Assembly: GCA_963713825.1 (NCBI GenBank)
Contig: CAVQNG010000003.1
Coordinates: 553,794 to 617,793 of the forward strand
Reading direction: 5' to 3'
DNA: 64,000 nt
From: an uncultured Acidobacteriota bacterium
GTDB lineage: Bacteria; Acidobacteriota; Thermoanaerobaculia; Multivoradales; JAHEKO01
Shown one piece after another: positions 30,820 to 40,406 of the stretch; position 1 is the first letter of the stretch, and each line of letters starts with the position of its first letter. The notes under the pieces are model-generated. The model was given only the letters and a program-made list of their open reading frames with translations. It ran no database searches and was not told the origin of the DNA. Made by a program: the position numbers and the translations under genes.

Positions 30820-30861
30820 CCGCCCGCAGATCCCCGGAGTTCATCGACCCCTCTGGACCTC

Positions 30862-31164
30862 ATGCCGAAGTCAGTTCCGCTCGCTGCAACGACCCGCAGA
30901 CTCCTGGCGCACTACAGCGAGAGCAGCGTAGAGCTCCCACAACACCAGGCCTTCTTGATCGGCCGTCTCTTCGAGGAAGGCGATACTCCAGATCTCCGTT
31001 GGCTGACAGACAACGTCAGCGAAGAGGAGCTCTCGGGCTGGCTTCGGACGTACGGAGGTCGCTCCCTCTCGCAACGCTCGCTGGCCTTCTGGGCGACCCT
31101 GCTGAGAGATCCACAAGCCATCGCCGACCGGCCCGCAGCCAATGAGGACCTATGGCCCCTTTGA
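30862..31164 (+). CDS. Small hypothetical protein, putative antitoxin-like partner of the downstream nucleotidyltransferase
   Basis: 100 aa. It overlaps the next gene by 13 nt, which is typical of toxin-antitoxin operon coupling. I see no recognisable motifs. Confidence 0.45.
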   Translation: MPKSVPLAATTRRLLAHYSESSVELPQHQAFLIGRLFEEGDTPDLRWLTDNVSEEELSGWLRTYGGRSLSQRSLAFWATLLRDPQAIADRPAANEDLWPL

Positions 31165-31829
31165 CAATTCGCCATCCCGAGAGCCTGTCACCCAAGAGCA
31201 CGGCTCTTCTTTCTGAACTGGCAAGTCTCGAGTGGGCCACGGAGACTTATCTGGCAGGCTCGGCAGCCCTCGCTCTCTACTTGGGACATCGTCCCGTTCG
31301 CGACCTCGATCTCATGAGCCCTGTGCTGCGGCTGCGCGCCGTCGACCGGCGCGACATCCTGCAGGACCTGCTGAGTGTGGATCAAGCCTGCCGAGTGGAA
31401 ACGGCTCGCGATGGGTTCCTCTACGCCCGGATGAGCGGAGAAGTCGCCCTCAGGCTCTTCTACTACCCCTACCCACAAGTCGACGCCGTAACCGAGCACC
31501 AGGGACTCACGGTGGCTTCACCCATCGATCTCGGACTCATGAAGCTGGGGGCCATCATCAGTCGCGGCACTTGTCGGGATTTCGTCGACCTTTATCTACT
31601 CTGCCAGAACCTTCCCTTGGCAGAGCTGCTGGAGGCGTCGGTCCACAAATTCGGACATGTGAGGGATTTCCCCATCCAGGCCCTCAAAGGACTCAGTGAC
31701 CTCTCGCAGACGACAGGTGAGCCCATGCCTATCCTGTCCAGGCCTGTTGATTGGGAGGATGTGGTTGCCTGGACGAGAGAGCAAGTCGAGACCCTGGGCC
31801 GCGAACGCATAGGATTGGAACTGCCATGA
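31152..31829 (+). CDS. AbiEii/AbiGii-like (DUF1814) nucleotidyltransferase; putative type IV toxin / abortive-infection protein
   Basis: LAGSAALALYLGHRPVRDLDLMSP fits the hG[GS]x9-13DhD nucleotidyltransferase motif seen in AbiEii (GGTAL...R.SxDLDF). Confidence 0.55.
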   Translation: MAPLTIRHPESLSPKSTALLSELASLEWATETYLAGSAALALYLGHRPVRDLDLMSPVLRLRAVDRRDILQDLLSVDQACRVETARDGFLYARMSGEVALRLFYYPYPQVDAVTEHQGLTVASPIDLGLMKLGAIISRGTCRDFVDLYLLCQNLPLAELLEASVHKFGHVRDFPIQALKGLSDLSQTTGEPMPILSRPVDWEDVVAWTREQVETLGRERIGLELP

Positions 31830-33097
31830 GCGAACTGTTGATCACCAACCTGTCCGAAATCGCCACACCGATTGGTAACGAGGCTCTGACCGGAGTCGAT
31901 CAAGGCAAGGTTCGTCGCTTGTCAGGGGTCGAAGTCTTGTGCCGAGACGAAGAGATCGCAGGCGTCGGGACGAGGGACGAGATCGAGCGCCAAATGGGCT
32001 CCCTGGAGGCGGTCGAGCGACTCGATGCCGATGGCGGCACCCTGGTGCCGGGGTTCGTGGACCCGCACACCCACCTGCCCTGGGCGGGCAGTCGCGAGGC
32101 AGAGTTCGCTCAGCGCCTGGCGGGTAAGACCTACATGGAGATCGCCGCCGAGGGCGGGGGAATACTGTCCACCGTGCGCGCCACGCGTGAGGCTTCGGAA
32201 CCGGACCTCGCCGAGAGAGTCCTGGATCGCCTCGACCTGATGCTCACCCATGGCACGACTACCGCCGAGGCCAAGAGTGGCTACGGTCTGACCCTCGACG
32301 ACGAGTTGAAGCAACTGCGGGCAATCCGCCACGCCTCCGAGGAGCATCCGGTCGACCTGATACCGACGCTTCTCGCGGCTCATGAGACTCCGCCCGAGTA
32401 TCGCCAACAGAGGGACCGCTATCTCGACATCGTCTGCCAGGAGATCATCCCCGCCACCTCCGAGGCTGGGCTCGCCCAGTTCTGCGATGTCTTCTGTGAG
32501 GAGGGCGTCTTCACGGCCGAGGAATCCCACCGCGTGCTGACAGCCGGTGCAGAGAATGGCCTGGCCCCGAGACTTCACGCCGACGAGTTTGTCGACTCAG
32601 GCGGCGCCGAGTTGGCGGCCGAGCTCAAGGCCCTGTCGGCCGATCACCTCACCGCAGTCTCTCCGGCCGGCGTCGAGGCGATGGCAGCCACCGGCGTTAC
32701 GGCGGTTCTGCTGCCGGGAACCAGCTTCTTCCTCATGAAGCACAAATACGCACCGGCTCGTAGACTCCTCGAGGCGGGCGTGCCGATTGCCCTGGCCACC
32801 GACTGTAATCCGGGATCCTCCTTCACCGAGTCGGTGCCGATGGTCTTCGTACTGGCGGTTTACGAGTTGGGGCTATCGATCGAAGAGGCCTTGACCGCGG
32901 CGACACTGAATGCCGCCTGCTGCCTGGACCTCGGTGAGCGCATCGGATCGATCGAAGTCGGCAAGCAGGCCGACCTGGTAGTTCTCGCCGCACCGAACCT
33001 GCTGCACCTCGCCTACCACTACGGCATCAACCTGGTGAGCGCCGTCGTCAAGAGCGGCAAAGTCGTGCATCAGGCCAGCAACTACAAGCACCTATAA
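31826..33097 (+). CDS. hutI: Imidazolonepropionase
   Basis: GFVDPHTHLPWAGSR ... KSGYGL ... the HutI amidohydrolase fold. The start at MSELL overlaps the preceding stop as ATGA. Confidence 0.88.
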   Translation: MSELLITNLSEIATPIGNEALTGVDQGKVRRLSGVEVLCRDEEIAGVGTRDEIERQMGSLEAVERLDADGGTLVPGFVDPHTHLPWAGSREAEFAQRLAGKTYMEIAAEGGGILSTVRATREASEPDLAERVLDRLDLMLTHGTTTAEAKSGYGLTLDDELKQLRAIRHASEEHPVDLIPTLLAAHETPPEYRQQRDRYLDIVCQEIIPATSEAGLAQFCDVFCEEGVFTAEESHRVLTAGAENGLAPRLHADEFVDSGGAELAAELKALSADHLTAVSPAGVEAMAATGVTAVLLPGTSFFLMKHKYAPARRLLEAGVPIALATDCNPGSSFTESVPMVFVLAVYELGLSIEEALTAATLNAACCLDLGERIGSIEVGKQADLVVLAAPNLLHLAYHYGINLVSAVVKSGKVVHQASNYKHL

Positions 33098-33245
33098 AGA
33101 GGGGGCATAGGGGCGTAGGGGCTTAAGGGCTTAGGGGCGCGGGAGGGGGGGGGGCCACTGCCCTAAAGGTCAGCCGGAGCGAGCGACGGCTGCCTCAACC
33201 CCCAAGCCCTCGAGGATCGGCCGGAGGTACGACCGGCCGCCTCAA
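33095..33245. repeat. GC-rich mosaic hairpin repeat locus; includes a G10 homopolymer
   Basis: gcataggggcgtaggggcttaagggcttaggggcgcgggagggggggggg ... cctcaacccccaagccctcgaggatcggccggaggtacgaccggccgcctcaactc. The hairpin is ggccgg-aggtacga-ccggcc. Confidence 0.75.
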
Positions 33246-33249
33246 CTCT

Positions 33250-34923
33250 CTAGGCCTGCGGATAGCTCGGGCGAATGTCCACCGGCACGTCGTCCAGGCG
33301 TCCGATCGCTTCCAGTAGCGGCGCCGATGCCTGGCCGTAGGTCTCGAGGAACTTCGCGGTTCCCTCGTAGTCGCCAGTCGCCTGCAACATCAGCATCTCG
33401 TTCAGCAGGACCTCGATCGCGGCGGGGAACTTCTCCGACACCGCGTGGAATCGCCCTTCGGCATCGACTTCCAGAGCACCCTTTTCCAGCAGATAATTGA
33501 ACTGCGAGACCACGCCTTGCCCGTGCGCCTCGTGGACACCGAAGCGCGCTGCCCGGAACAACCCCGCCACATACGTCGCTTCCAGGGTCTCGCGCAGCTC
33601 CTTCGGCATCACACCCTTGTCGACCAAGGCGAGGATGTTATAGACGCCCATGACGTCGGCCTTGGCCTCCTCCATCGTGGAGTAGAGCTCCTTGAGCTCC
33701 AGTCGAACCTCGGTGTCGCGTCCGTCGAGTTGGATGAGACCCGGCCCCAAGCCGTGGCTCAACTCGTGATGCAGACTCTCGCTGAAGAACGCATCGAAGG
33801 AGACGCGGGACAGATCTTCCGGCGCCAGGACACGCTCGGCGATCGGCATCAGGATCTTGTCGAACTTGGCTCGCAGAATGTTGCGCAGCATCACCTTCTT
33901 CGATCCCTTCGCCTCGCGCACCCGCTCGTCGTTGGGAAGATTGAAGGCCAGGGTCTGGACTCCGGCCTTGGTGTCTCCACCAGCGAACAGCACATCGACG
34001 ACTCGGATCGGGCTTTCCGTGCCGCGGTCCAGGTTCTTGTGCTCCTCCGGAATGGGCAGGTTCATCTCCAACCACGGCAATTCCTGTTTGAAGCCATCAA
34101 GGGCCGCCGACTCCGCGGGCAAAGCCACGGTGACGAAGGCCTCGTAGGCAGCTTTGTAGCCGAAGAGGCTGTCCTCGTAGGTCTCATAGGGACCGATCGT
34201 CACCTCGACGGGCGAGTCCAGATCCATCCAAGCCACGTCACTGTCGTAGTAATCGTCGGTCTCGAAAGCGTCAGCCCGTAGGGATAGAAAGCTCTGAAGT
34301 GAGGCGTTGTCGGTTGCCGCGGCCGCCTCCCGCAGGTTGGCGATCGCCGGCTCCAGCCACTGGTGGTACTCCTGAGCGTAGGGCACTGCGACCAGTCCGC
34401 CGTCCTGCCGGCGAATCACCGTGAACTCAGAGGTAAAGGCCTCTTCATCCTCTGGGTGCTCGGCGAGCCAGGTCTCGAACTCACTCTGCGTCATATCTTC
34501 TGGGTAGTAGCCGGCCCCTGGTGGGTGCGGCTTGGCCCCGATAAAAGGCGCCATCTCTTCCAGGCGGTCCCACGGACCGAAGTTGACGCTGAAGTAGGCG
34601 CGGCCTGCATCCATCTCGGCACCCTGGGCGTCCTCGAGCTCCGCTTGCAGCGCCGGGTTACCCTGCCAAACCTGACGCAGAAAGATTTCGTCCATCGAGC
34701 GGGCCGCCTGGACCAGGATCTCCAGGACTCGAAGCTCGTCCTCGGACAAGCTCGAAACGTCGGCGACCAACTCGGTCGGCTCGAAACGGGCCAGCCTTTC
34801 GGCGACGTTGGCAGCCACCTCCAGGCCCTCTCCGGCTGCAGGACCAGGCCCCTGCTCGGCCTTCGGGGCGCACCCAGCGAGAACCGCGACGATCAAGACT
34901 CCACTGATTAGCCTCATGTTCAT
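33250..34923 (-). CDS. Zn-metallopeptidase lipoprotein, dipeptidyl-peptidase III-like (M49-like)
   Basis: The lipobox VLAGC is present. HELSHGLG (HExxH) plus a downstream EEAKAD resemble the DPP III motif pair HEXXGH / EECRAE. Confidence 0.6.
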   Translation of the reverse strand: MNMRLISGVLIVAVLAGCAPKAEQGPGPAAGEGLEVAANVAERLARFEPTELVADVSSLSEDELRVLEILVQAARSMDEIFLRQVWQGNPALQAELEDAQGAEMDAGRAYFSVNFGPWDRLEEMAPFIGAKPHPPGAGYYPEDMTQSEFETWLAEHPEDEEAFTSEFTVIRRQDGGLVAVPYAQEYHQWLEPAIANLREAAAATDNASLQSFLSLRADAFETDDYYDSDVAWMDLDSPVEVTIGPYETYEDSLFGYKAAYEAFVTVALPAESAALDGFKQELPWLEMNLPIPEEHKNLDRGTESPIRVVDVLFAGGDTKAGVQTLAFNLPNDERVREAKGSKKVMLRNILRAKFDKILMPIAERVLAPEDLSRVSFDAFFSESLHHELSHGLGPGLIQLDGRDTEVRLELKELYSTMEEAKADVMGVYNILALVDKGVMPKELRETLEATYVAGLFRAARFGVHEAHGQGVVSQFNYLLEKGALEVDAEGRFHAVSEKFPAAIEVLLNEMLMLQATGDYEGTAKFLETYGQASAPLLEAIGRLDDVPVDIRPSYPQA

Positions 34924-35147
34924 CCTCCTGTTCAGACCTGTTTCACCGCAGCAGAGAACCCGACTCGAAACATCTCGGGCTGTATATCTTCCTCACTCCA
35001 GAGGCTATGCCTGTTGAGCTCTCCCGGCAAGGGTTTGGGCCTGTAAACCAGGTCATCACGCTCCTCGGACACGCTGAGCTACAATCCGCCCCGTATCTGG
35101 CCCCGGCCTCATTCGAGTCCGATCGTGGCCAGCCAAGGAGAACGGTC

Positions 35148-35639
35148 ATGAACAAACTCAGATGGTGCGGATTGATCACGGGTCTCCTGCTTCTGGTCTC
35201 TTCCTCTCCCTCGATGGCGGAGCTGGGCTACCAGACCTGGGGTCTCCGCGGTGGCGTCGGTGTCGATCCCGATCAGGGAATCATCGGAGTCCAGTGGAAC
35301 CTGGGCAACTTCACCCGCAGAATCCGGCTGCAGCCCAACTTCGAGCTCGGCTTTGGCGACAACGCCGTCATCGGCAACCTGGGGATTCCGATTCACTATC
35401 GGTTCGGGAACAGTCCAAACTACACCCCTTTCGTAGGGGGCGGAGTGTTGCTCGGCTACATCAACTATGACGAGAAAAAGTCCGGCAGCAGCAGCGACTG
35501 GTTCATCGAGCCCCTGGCCTTGGTGGGTATCGAGTGGCCCCTGAGTGGAGGCGGCCAGCTCTTCGTCGAGCTAGACCTGTCCTTCGGAGACGCCCATGAC
35601 GCCAAGTTACTCCTCGGCTGGATGCGGCGAATTCGCTAG
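35148..35639 (+). CDS. Small outer-membrane beta-barrel protein (OmpW/OmpA-like barrel)
   Basis: A signal peptide is present. The body shows alternating hydrophobic beta-strand patterning with a C-terminal aromatic residue, and the start is preceded by AAGGAGA. Confidence 0.6.
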   Translation: MNKLRWCGLITGLLLLVSSSPSMAELGYQTWGLRGGVGVDPDQGIIGVQWNLGNFTRRIRLQPNFELGFGDNAVIGNLGIPIHYRFGNSPNYTPFVGGGVLLGYINYDEKKSGSSSDWFIEPLALVGIEWPLSGGGQLFVELDLSFGDAHDAKLLLGWMRRIR

Positions 35640-35686
35640 GCGCTATCGCACAGTCTGTGGGTTCTAGAACCTCGTGTGGCACGAGC

Positions 35687-36322
35687 TCACTCGTCCACTA
35701 CAGCTGAACGGCTTGCCAGATCGAGAAGGCCCTCTCCTTCCATGATCTGCGATCGTCGCCGATCCGTCCGGAAGGTGAGAGTCAGCGCCAACGGATCGTC
35801 GCCACCCTTGGCTTTCGCCAACCAGGCTCGAAGCACCGACGCCGGCAGATCCTCGCGGCGATAGCCCCAGACTTCGACACTCAGGCGCTCGGTCGTGACC
35901 CGTTGCTCGTTCGGGTTCTGTGTTTCCCAGGCTAGTGCCGGACGGGTGGAGATACTCAGATGCGTCGGTGAGCCCAGCAAGATCAGCGCCCGGCCGCGAG
36001 CCGTCAAACTGCCGCGGATACCCTCCTCTGCGTACAGCACATCCGCCGCCGCAACACGCTGCTCGTAGGCCTCATGGTAGGGATTGCCGGGCTCCTCTGG
36101 GCGAGGATCTCGCCGCGACCAGAAAGCCTCGATGAAGGTGGCAGCCTCCTCCGGGTCCTGAATCTGACGGATCTCCCTTCGCTCGCTCGGCAGGAGGAGC
36201 CATCGGACGGGACCCTCTGCCCAGGCGCTCGGATCCTCCGGCCCCGCAGCCCAGGCGCGAGCCGGTGGCCAGCCAACACCAAGAACCACAATCACGGTCA
36301 AGCCGAGAGCCAGGTTCCGCAT
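35687..36322 (-). CDS. GWxTD-domain protein
   Basis: FWSRRDP ... YHEAYEQRVAAADVLY ... GSLTARGRALILLGSP matches the GWxTD family pattern G.xTDRG..yi..G.P. Confidence 0.6.
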   Translation of the reverse strand: MRNLALGLTVIVVLGVGWPPARAWAAGPEDPSAWAEGPVRWLLLPSERREIRQIQDPEEAATFIEAFWSRRDPRPEEPGNPYHEAYEQRVAAADVLYAEEGIRGSLTARGRALILLGSPTHLSISTRPALAWETQNPNEQRVTTERLSVEVWGYRREDLPASVLRAWLAKAKGGDDPLALTLTFRTDRRRSQIMEGEGLLDLASRSAVVDE

Positions 36323-36350
36323 GATCAGACCTGCCCCGAGGACGCCAAGG

Positions 36351-37718
36351 TTAGTCCTGATCGTCCTCGTGTGAAGGCAGCTTCCAGTGCACGGCCTCAT
36401 CGAACTCCCAACGGTAACGCGGGAAATAGACTCCCACTCCGCGCTCCGCGGAAATCATCGAGAAGCTCAAGAAACGGCGGTGATAGTCATAGGGGTACCC
36501 ATCTCGGGCATGGACAGCGACATCGAGCAGATACTCGCCGGGGGCCAGACGAAACGCTGGGCAAACGAGTCGCACAAGGGTCCGACCCTCGACTCCTTCC
36601 GAGGCGTATCCGGAGAGGCCCGTGTTGGTGCCCCAGACCTCGACATCCCGAGGCGTGAAGACGCCGATCCCGAAGACGAAGTCCGTCAACTCCTGATGCG
36701 CTTCGACTTCGATCTCGAAGCACACTTCCTCACCGCTCTCCAGGTTGTATTTCTCCTGACCGTTGGCGTCGAGTAACCGGACACCCAGGATCTCTGCCTC
36801 TCCCGAGCCCCATCGCCGCGGCTCCTCCGCGCCCTCGACACCAGCTTCCCCGTGTGATTGACTCCCCTGCTGACCATCGGCGTCGACGGCCTTGGTCGAA
36901 TCTATATCCGAAGCCTCTACGAGCTCTCTCTGGCGCGCCTCCTTGGCAGCCAGATGCGCCTCACCCTCTCGTTCGGCCACCGCCAATCGATAGGCATCCG
37001 CCACCCGCCGCGGTGAGCCGAGCAGTCGGTTGCGCCCCTTCTCGAGCCACAGCACCTCATCCGAAAACCGCTCGATGGTGTCCAGCGAGTGGCTGACCAG
37101 CAAGAGGGTGTTGCCCTTGGCGAGGAACTCCTCGATACGTCTTAGACAACGATGCTGAAAAGCCTCGTCTCCCACGGCCAGCACCTCGTCCACCAGCAGG
37201 ATCTCGGGGTCCGTATGGATCGCCACCGAGAATCCGAGTCTGACGTACATGCCCGAAGAGTAGTTCTTGACCGGCTCCTCGATGAAATCCGCCAACCCAG
37301 AGAACTCCACGATGTCGTCGTATCGGCGATCGATCTCCTTGCGGCTCAAACCCAGAACCGCACCGTTGATGTAGACGTTCTCGCGACCCGAGATCTCGGG
37401 ATGGAAGCCGGCTCCCAACTCGATCAGTGCGGCCACCCGGCCCGTCACGTCGACGCTCCCCTCGGTCGGCTGCAACATGCCCGCGAGGATCTTGAGCAGG
37501 GTCGACTTGCCGGACCCATTGCTGCCGATGACGCCGAACGCGGTTCCTTTCTTGACCGTGAAGGAGACGTCTTCCAGCGCCAGAATGGTGTCTTCCTCAC
37601 GATGACCTCCAACCAGGCTGCGTTGGAGCAGCGCACTCTTGAGCGTCCTCAACCGGAAGCCAGGCGCCATCCGCAGATAGGACTTGTGCAGGTTCTCGAC
37701 CTGGATGGCGACGCTCAT
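36351..37718 (-). CDS. Polysaccharide/O-antigen ABC exporter ATPase (Wzt/TagH/KpsT family) with a C-terminal substrate-binding domain
   Basis: Walker A (GSNGSGKST), the ABC signature (YSSGMYVRLGFS) and Walker B (LLVDEVLAVGD) are present. The start is the ATG at 37718, overlapping the permease stop as ATGA. The track's longer N-terminus is not coding. Confidence 0.85.
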   Translation of the reverse strand: MSVAIQVENLHKSYLRMAPGFRLRTLKSALLQRSLVGGHREEDTILALEDVSFTVKKGTAFGVIGSNGSGKSTLLKILAGMLQPTEGSVDVTGRVAALIELGAGFHPEISGRENVYINGAVLGLSRKEIDRRYDDIVEFSGLADFIEEPVKNYSSGMYVRLGFSVAIHTDPEILLVDEVLAVGDEAFQHRCLRRIEEFLAKGNTLLLVSHSLDTIERFSDEVLWLEKGRNRLLGSPRRVADAYRLAVAEREGEAHLAAKEARQRELVEASDIDSTKAVDADGQQGSQSHGEAGVEGAEEPRRWGSGEAEILGVRLLDANGQEKYNLESGEEVCFEIEVEAHQELTDFVFGIGVFTPRDVEVWGTNTGLSGYASEGVEGRTLVRLVCPAFRLAPGEYLLDVAVHARDGYPYDYHRRFLSFSMISAERGVGVYFPRYRWEFDEAVHWKLPSHEDDQD

Positions 37719-38521
37719 ACCGCCTCCACCAGGCTGTCGCTGAGTCGGCCGAAGAGCCAGCAGCCCGCGACCCACAGAAGGGCACCCCAACCGACCATTT
37801 GAATCCAGATCTGCAATGACGGCACCACGCCCTGGAACAGAACAGCTTGGTAGGCCCGAGCGTACGGGGTGAAGGGATTGAGCCACTCGATCGCCCATAT
37901 CAGAGGAGGGTAGGCCTTGAGAAAATCGAGAGGGTAGATGATCGGCGTCAAGTAGAAAAGAAGCGCCAGCAGATTGCCGACAATGTCCTTGACGTCCTTG
38001 AAGTGGACATTGAGAGCCGACAGGCCCAGAGTCAAGCCGCCCAGAGCCGGTAGCTGTAGCGCCACGACGATTGGAAACAACACCACCGTCCATCCGCCGA
38101 TGGGATCGCCGAGGATCCGACCGATGATCAATCCGGCTACCAGAATCGGTATCGCGAAGACGAAGTGAACCAGGTTTGAGAGCACCGAGACCATGGGCAA
38201 GACCTCGGCGGGAAAGACAGCCTTGCGGATCAGCCCGGAGTTGGCCGTCAACGACTGGGTGCCCTCCATCAAGGAGGTGGCAACCCAGGTCCATGGAAAC
38301 AGACCGGTCATCAAGAAAAGTACGTACGGGTCCGTGCCTTCGAAGCGAGGCTTGAAGACCACGCTGAAGACGAAGGTGTAGACCCCAAGCAGCAACAGCG
38401 GAGTGACGAGTGACCAGAAGAACCCGAGCACGGAGCCCCGGTAGCGCGCCTTGAGCTCCCTCGACACCAGGGTGGCCAGCAGGCCGCGGAATCGGAACAG
38501 TCTGTCCGCAACTTTGGTCAT
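37715..38521 (-). CDS. ABC-2 type polysaccharide exporter permease (Wzm/TagG/KpsM family)
   Basis: RELKARYRGSVLGFFWSLVTPLL ... six transmembrane helices. The start is at MTKVADRLF. Confidence 0.85.
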   Translation of the reverse strand: MTKVADRLFRFRGLLATLVSRELKARYRGSVLGFFWSLVTPLLLLGVYTFVFSVVFKPRFEGTDPYVLFLMTGLFPWTWVATSLMEGTQSLTANSGLIRKAVFPAEVLPMVSVLSNLVHFVFAIPILVAGLIIGRILGDPIGGWTVVLFPIVVALQLPALGGLTLGLSALNVHFKDVKDIVGNLLALLFYLTPIIYPLDFLKAYPPLIWAIEWLNPFTPYARAYQAVLFQGVVPSLQIWIQMVGWGALLWVAGCWLFGRLSDSLVEAV

Positions 38522-38718
38522 TCTGAGAATCGGACTTTCACTCGGTCGCCCTGACGAGCCGGCATCGCCAACCCTGCCAAAGGCCTGTCCCGCTTGGCGC
38601 CAACGCAAAGAGTACAGCAACGCGACGCAACCATGGTGAACTCAAGCGGAGGCGATGAGAAACACCCCTCCAGATTAGCGCGAAAGGCTGCTATTCAGGT
38701 GACGTGCCGAGGACTGGA

Positions 38719-39906
38719 TCAACCACCCGTCTCGGCGCGGGTCCGCCGCTGATCTTCTTCCAGCCGTCGCAGGCGATCGAGCAGCTCCTGACGACGATGC
38801 TCCACCTCCGCCTCGTAGTCGATCAGCTTGCCGTTGTTGACGACATAGACCCGAGGATATTTCTGGACGTCGCCCCTCTCGTCGAACTGGATGGTACCGG
38901 CGGCACCCGTGAAGTCACGCAGCGATCGCACGGCGCTCCAGAATTCGTTTGGTATCGCACCGGATCGGCGCAGCGCCTCGGCCAGAACCATCATGGCGTC
39001 GAAGCCGTGCACGGCGTAGAGATTGGGGTCACTGTTGTACTTGGCTCGGTAGCTCTCCACGAAAGCCTTCGTCTCGGGCTCTTCTGAGTCGAGATCGAAG
39101 GCCGCCTGGGTCAGAAAAACGCCCTCTGCTGGCCGCCCCACCTTGGCAATGATCTCTGGCGCAGCAAAGGCCGAGGTCGTGAAGATGGTCTCCTTGTAAC
39201 CCTGGTCGCGCAGATAGCCGATCATCTGGGCCAGGTCGTCGGCATAGGCCGCCAGATAGACCGCGTCCGGCTGTAGGGTCATCACCCTCTCGATGACGCC
39301 GGACAGATCCGAGGACAGGGATGGAAACTCGATGGTCTCGACCACCTCTCCTCCGTGGCGCTCGAACTCCTTCCGAAAGACCTCCTGAATCCCCATGGCG
39401 TACTCACTTTGCTTGGCCAGGACCACGACCCTTTCGGCATTCATCTTCTGGGTCGCGAAGTTGCCCATCGTGGCACCCTCGCGGGCATCCGAAGGAAAAA
39501 CCCGATAGAAATTCTTCGAGATTCCGGTGAGCTGGGGCGTCGAGGCCGACGGCGACATCAGCACTCGATCGTTCTCGTCAGCCACTGCCACCATCGACAG
39601 AGCTTCGGGCGTCGTGACGCCGCCGATCACGGCCAATGCATCCTGTTCATAGAGATCCGCCAGGAGCTGCTTGGCTTTCTCTGGATCGCTCTCGGAATCG
39701 ACCACGACCAGCTCGAGCTCGTAGGGAAAGTCACCCAGCGTCTGGAGCTGCTCGATGGCCAGCTCCACGCCCTTGCGGATCGGCTCTCCGTAGACCGCAG
39801 CCTCCCCAGTCAAAGGCAGCACGGCCCCGAATTTGACCGGCTTGTCCTTTTGGCAGGCGACAACTGTCGAGAGCAGAACGAGCAGGAGAATGCTTTTCTT
39901 CGTCAT
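38719..39906 (-). CDS. ABC transporter substrate-binding lipoprotein, branched-chain amino-acid type (LivK/Peripla_BP_6), with a coiled-coil C-terminal tail
   Basis: FGAVLPLTGEAAVYGEPIRKGVELA ... plus a lipobox. The tail is an extra EAEVEHRRQELLDRLRRLEEDQRR. Confidence 0.8.
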   Translation of the reverse strand: MTKKSILLLVLLSTVVACQKDKPVKFGAVLPLTGEAAVYGEPIRKGVELAIEQLQTLGDFPYELELVVVDSESDPEKAKQLLADLYEQDALAVIGGVTTPEALSMVAVADENDRVLMSPSASTPQLTGISKNFYRVFPSDAREGATMGNFATQKMNAERVVVLAKQSEYAMGIQEVFRKEFERHGGEVVETIEFPSLSSDLSGVIERVMTLQPDAVYLAAYADDLAQMIGYLRDQGYKETIFTTSAFAAPEIIAKVGRPAEGVFLTQAAFDLDSEEPETKAFVESYRAKYNSDPNLYAVHGFDAMMVLAEALRRSGAIPNEFWSAVRSLRDFTGAAGTIQFDERGDVQKYPRVYVVNNGKLIDYEAEVEHRRQELLDRLRRLEEDQRRTRAETGG

Positions 39907-40070
39907 GGTCGATTCACCGGCTTTCCGTTGATTGAACCAAGAACCTTTCTAACCCACGACCTACACACTATCAAGCCATCGCAACCCTACCTCGAAAGAT
40001 TGCCACAGATCGACCTCATACCGCTAGTCGAGGCACCACAAATGTAGAAGAGCTAGAATAGACACCCGCC

Positions 40071-40379
40071 ATGACAAAGACACGGTCTCTCACCATTCGC
40101 TGCCCCGATTGCGACGCCCACCTGGTCATCGATGCTGCCACGGGTGAGATTCTCGCCCACCGCGCCGCCAAGCAACCCTTGGCCGGTGGCAAGGACTTCG
40201 AAACCCTCCTCGAGGACCTCGATCGAGACAAGGACGCGGCCGAGGAGGTCTTCGCTCAAGAGATGGCCGCGATGAAAGACCGGGACCGGCTCCTCGAGGA
40301 GAAGTTCAAGCAAGCCATGGAGCGGGCCAAAGAAGAGCCTGACGACGTACCTCCCCCGCGGCCCTTCGATCTCGACTGA
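40071..40379 (+). CDS. Small acidic protein with an N-terminal CxxC ... H ... H putative zinc-ribbon
   Basis: 102 aa, CPDCDAHLVIDAATGEILAH. Confidence 0.45.
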   Translation: MTKTRSLTIRCPDCDAHLVIDAATGEILAHRAAKQPLAGGKDFETLLEDLDRDKDAAEEVFAQEMAAMKDRDRLLEEKFKQAMERAKEEPDDVPPPRPFDLD

Positions 40380-40406
40380 TCCCCGCAGGTTTTCTGCCCA
40401 GGCCCC

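Noticed and set aside
31796-31803. Apparent one-base frame discontinuity in a C-run at the AbiEii/hutI junction when hand-translated
   Set aside because: The ORF track reads straight through both genes with sensible products, and downstream coordinates stay in register. I treat this as my own transcription slip, not a frameshift, and I used track coordinates.
37719-38294. N-terminal 192 codons of track ORF 36351-38294
   Set aside because: Arg/Gly/Ser-rich extension overlapping the Wzm permease. The conserved ABC ATPase starts at the ATG at 37718, which overlaps the permease stop.
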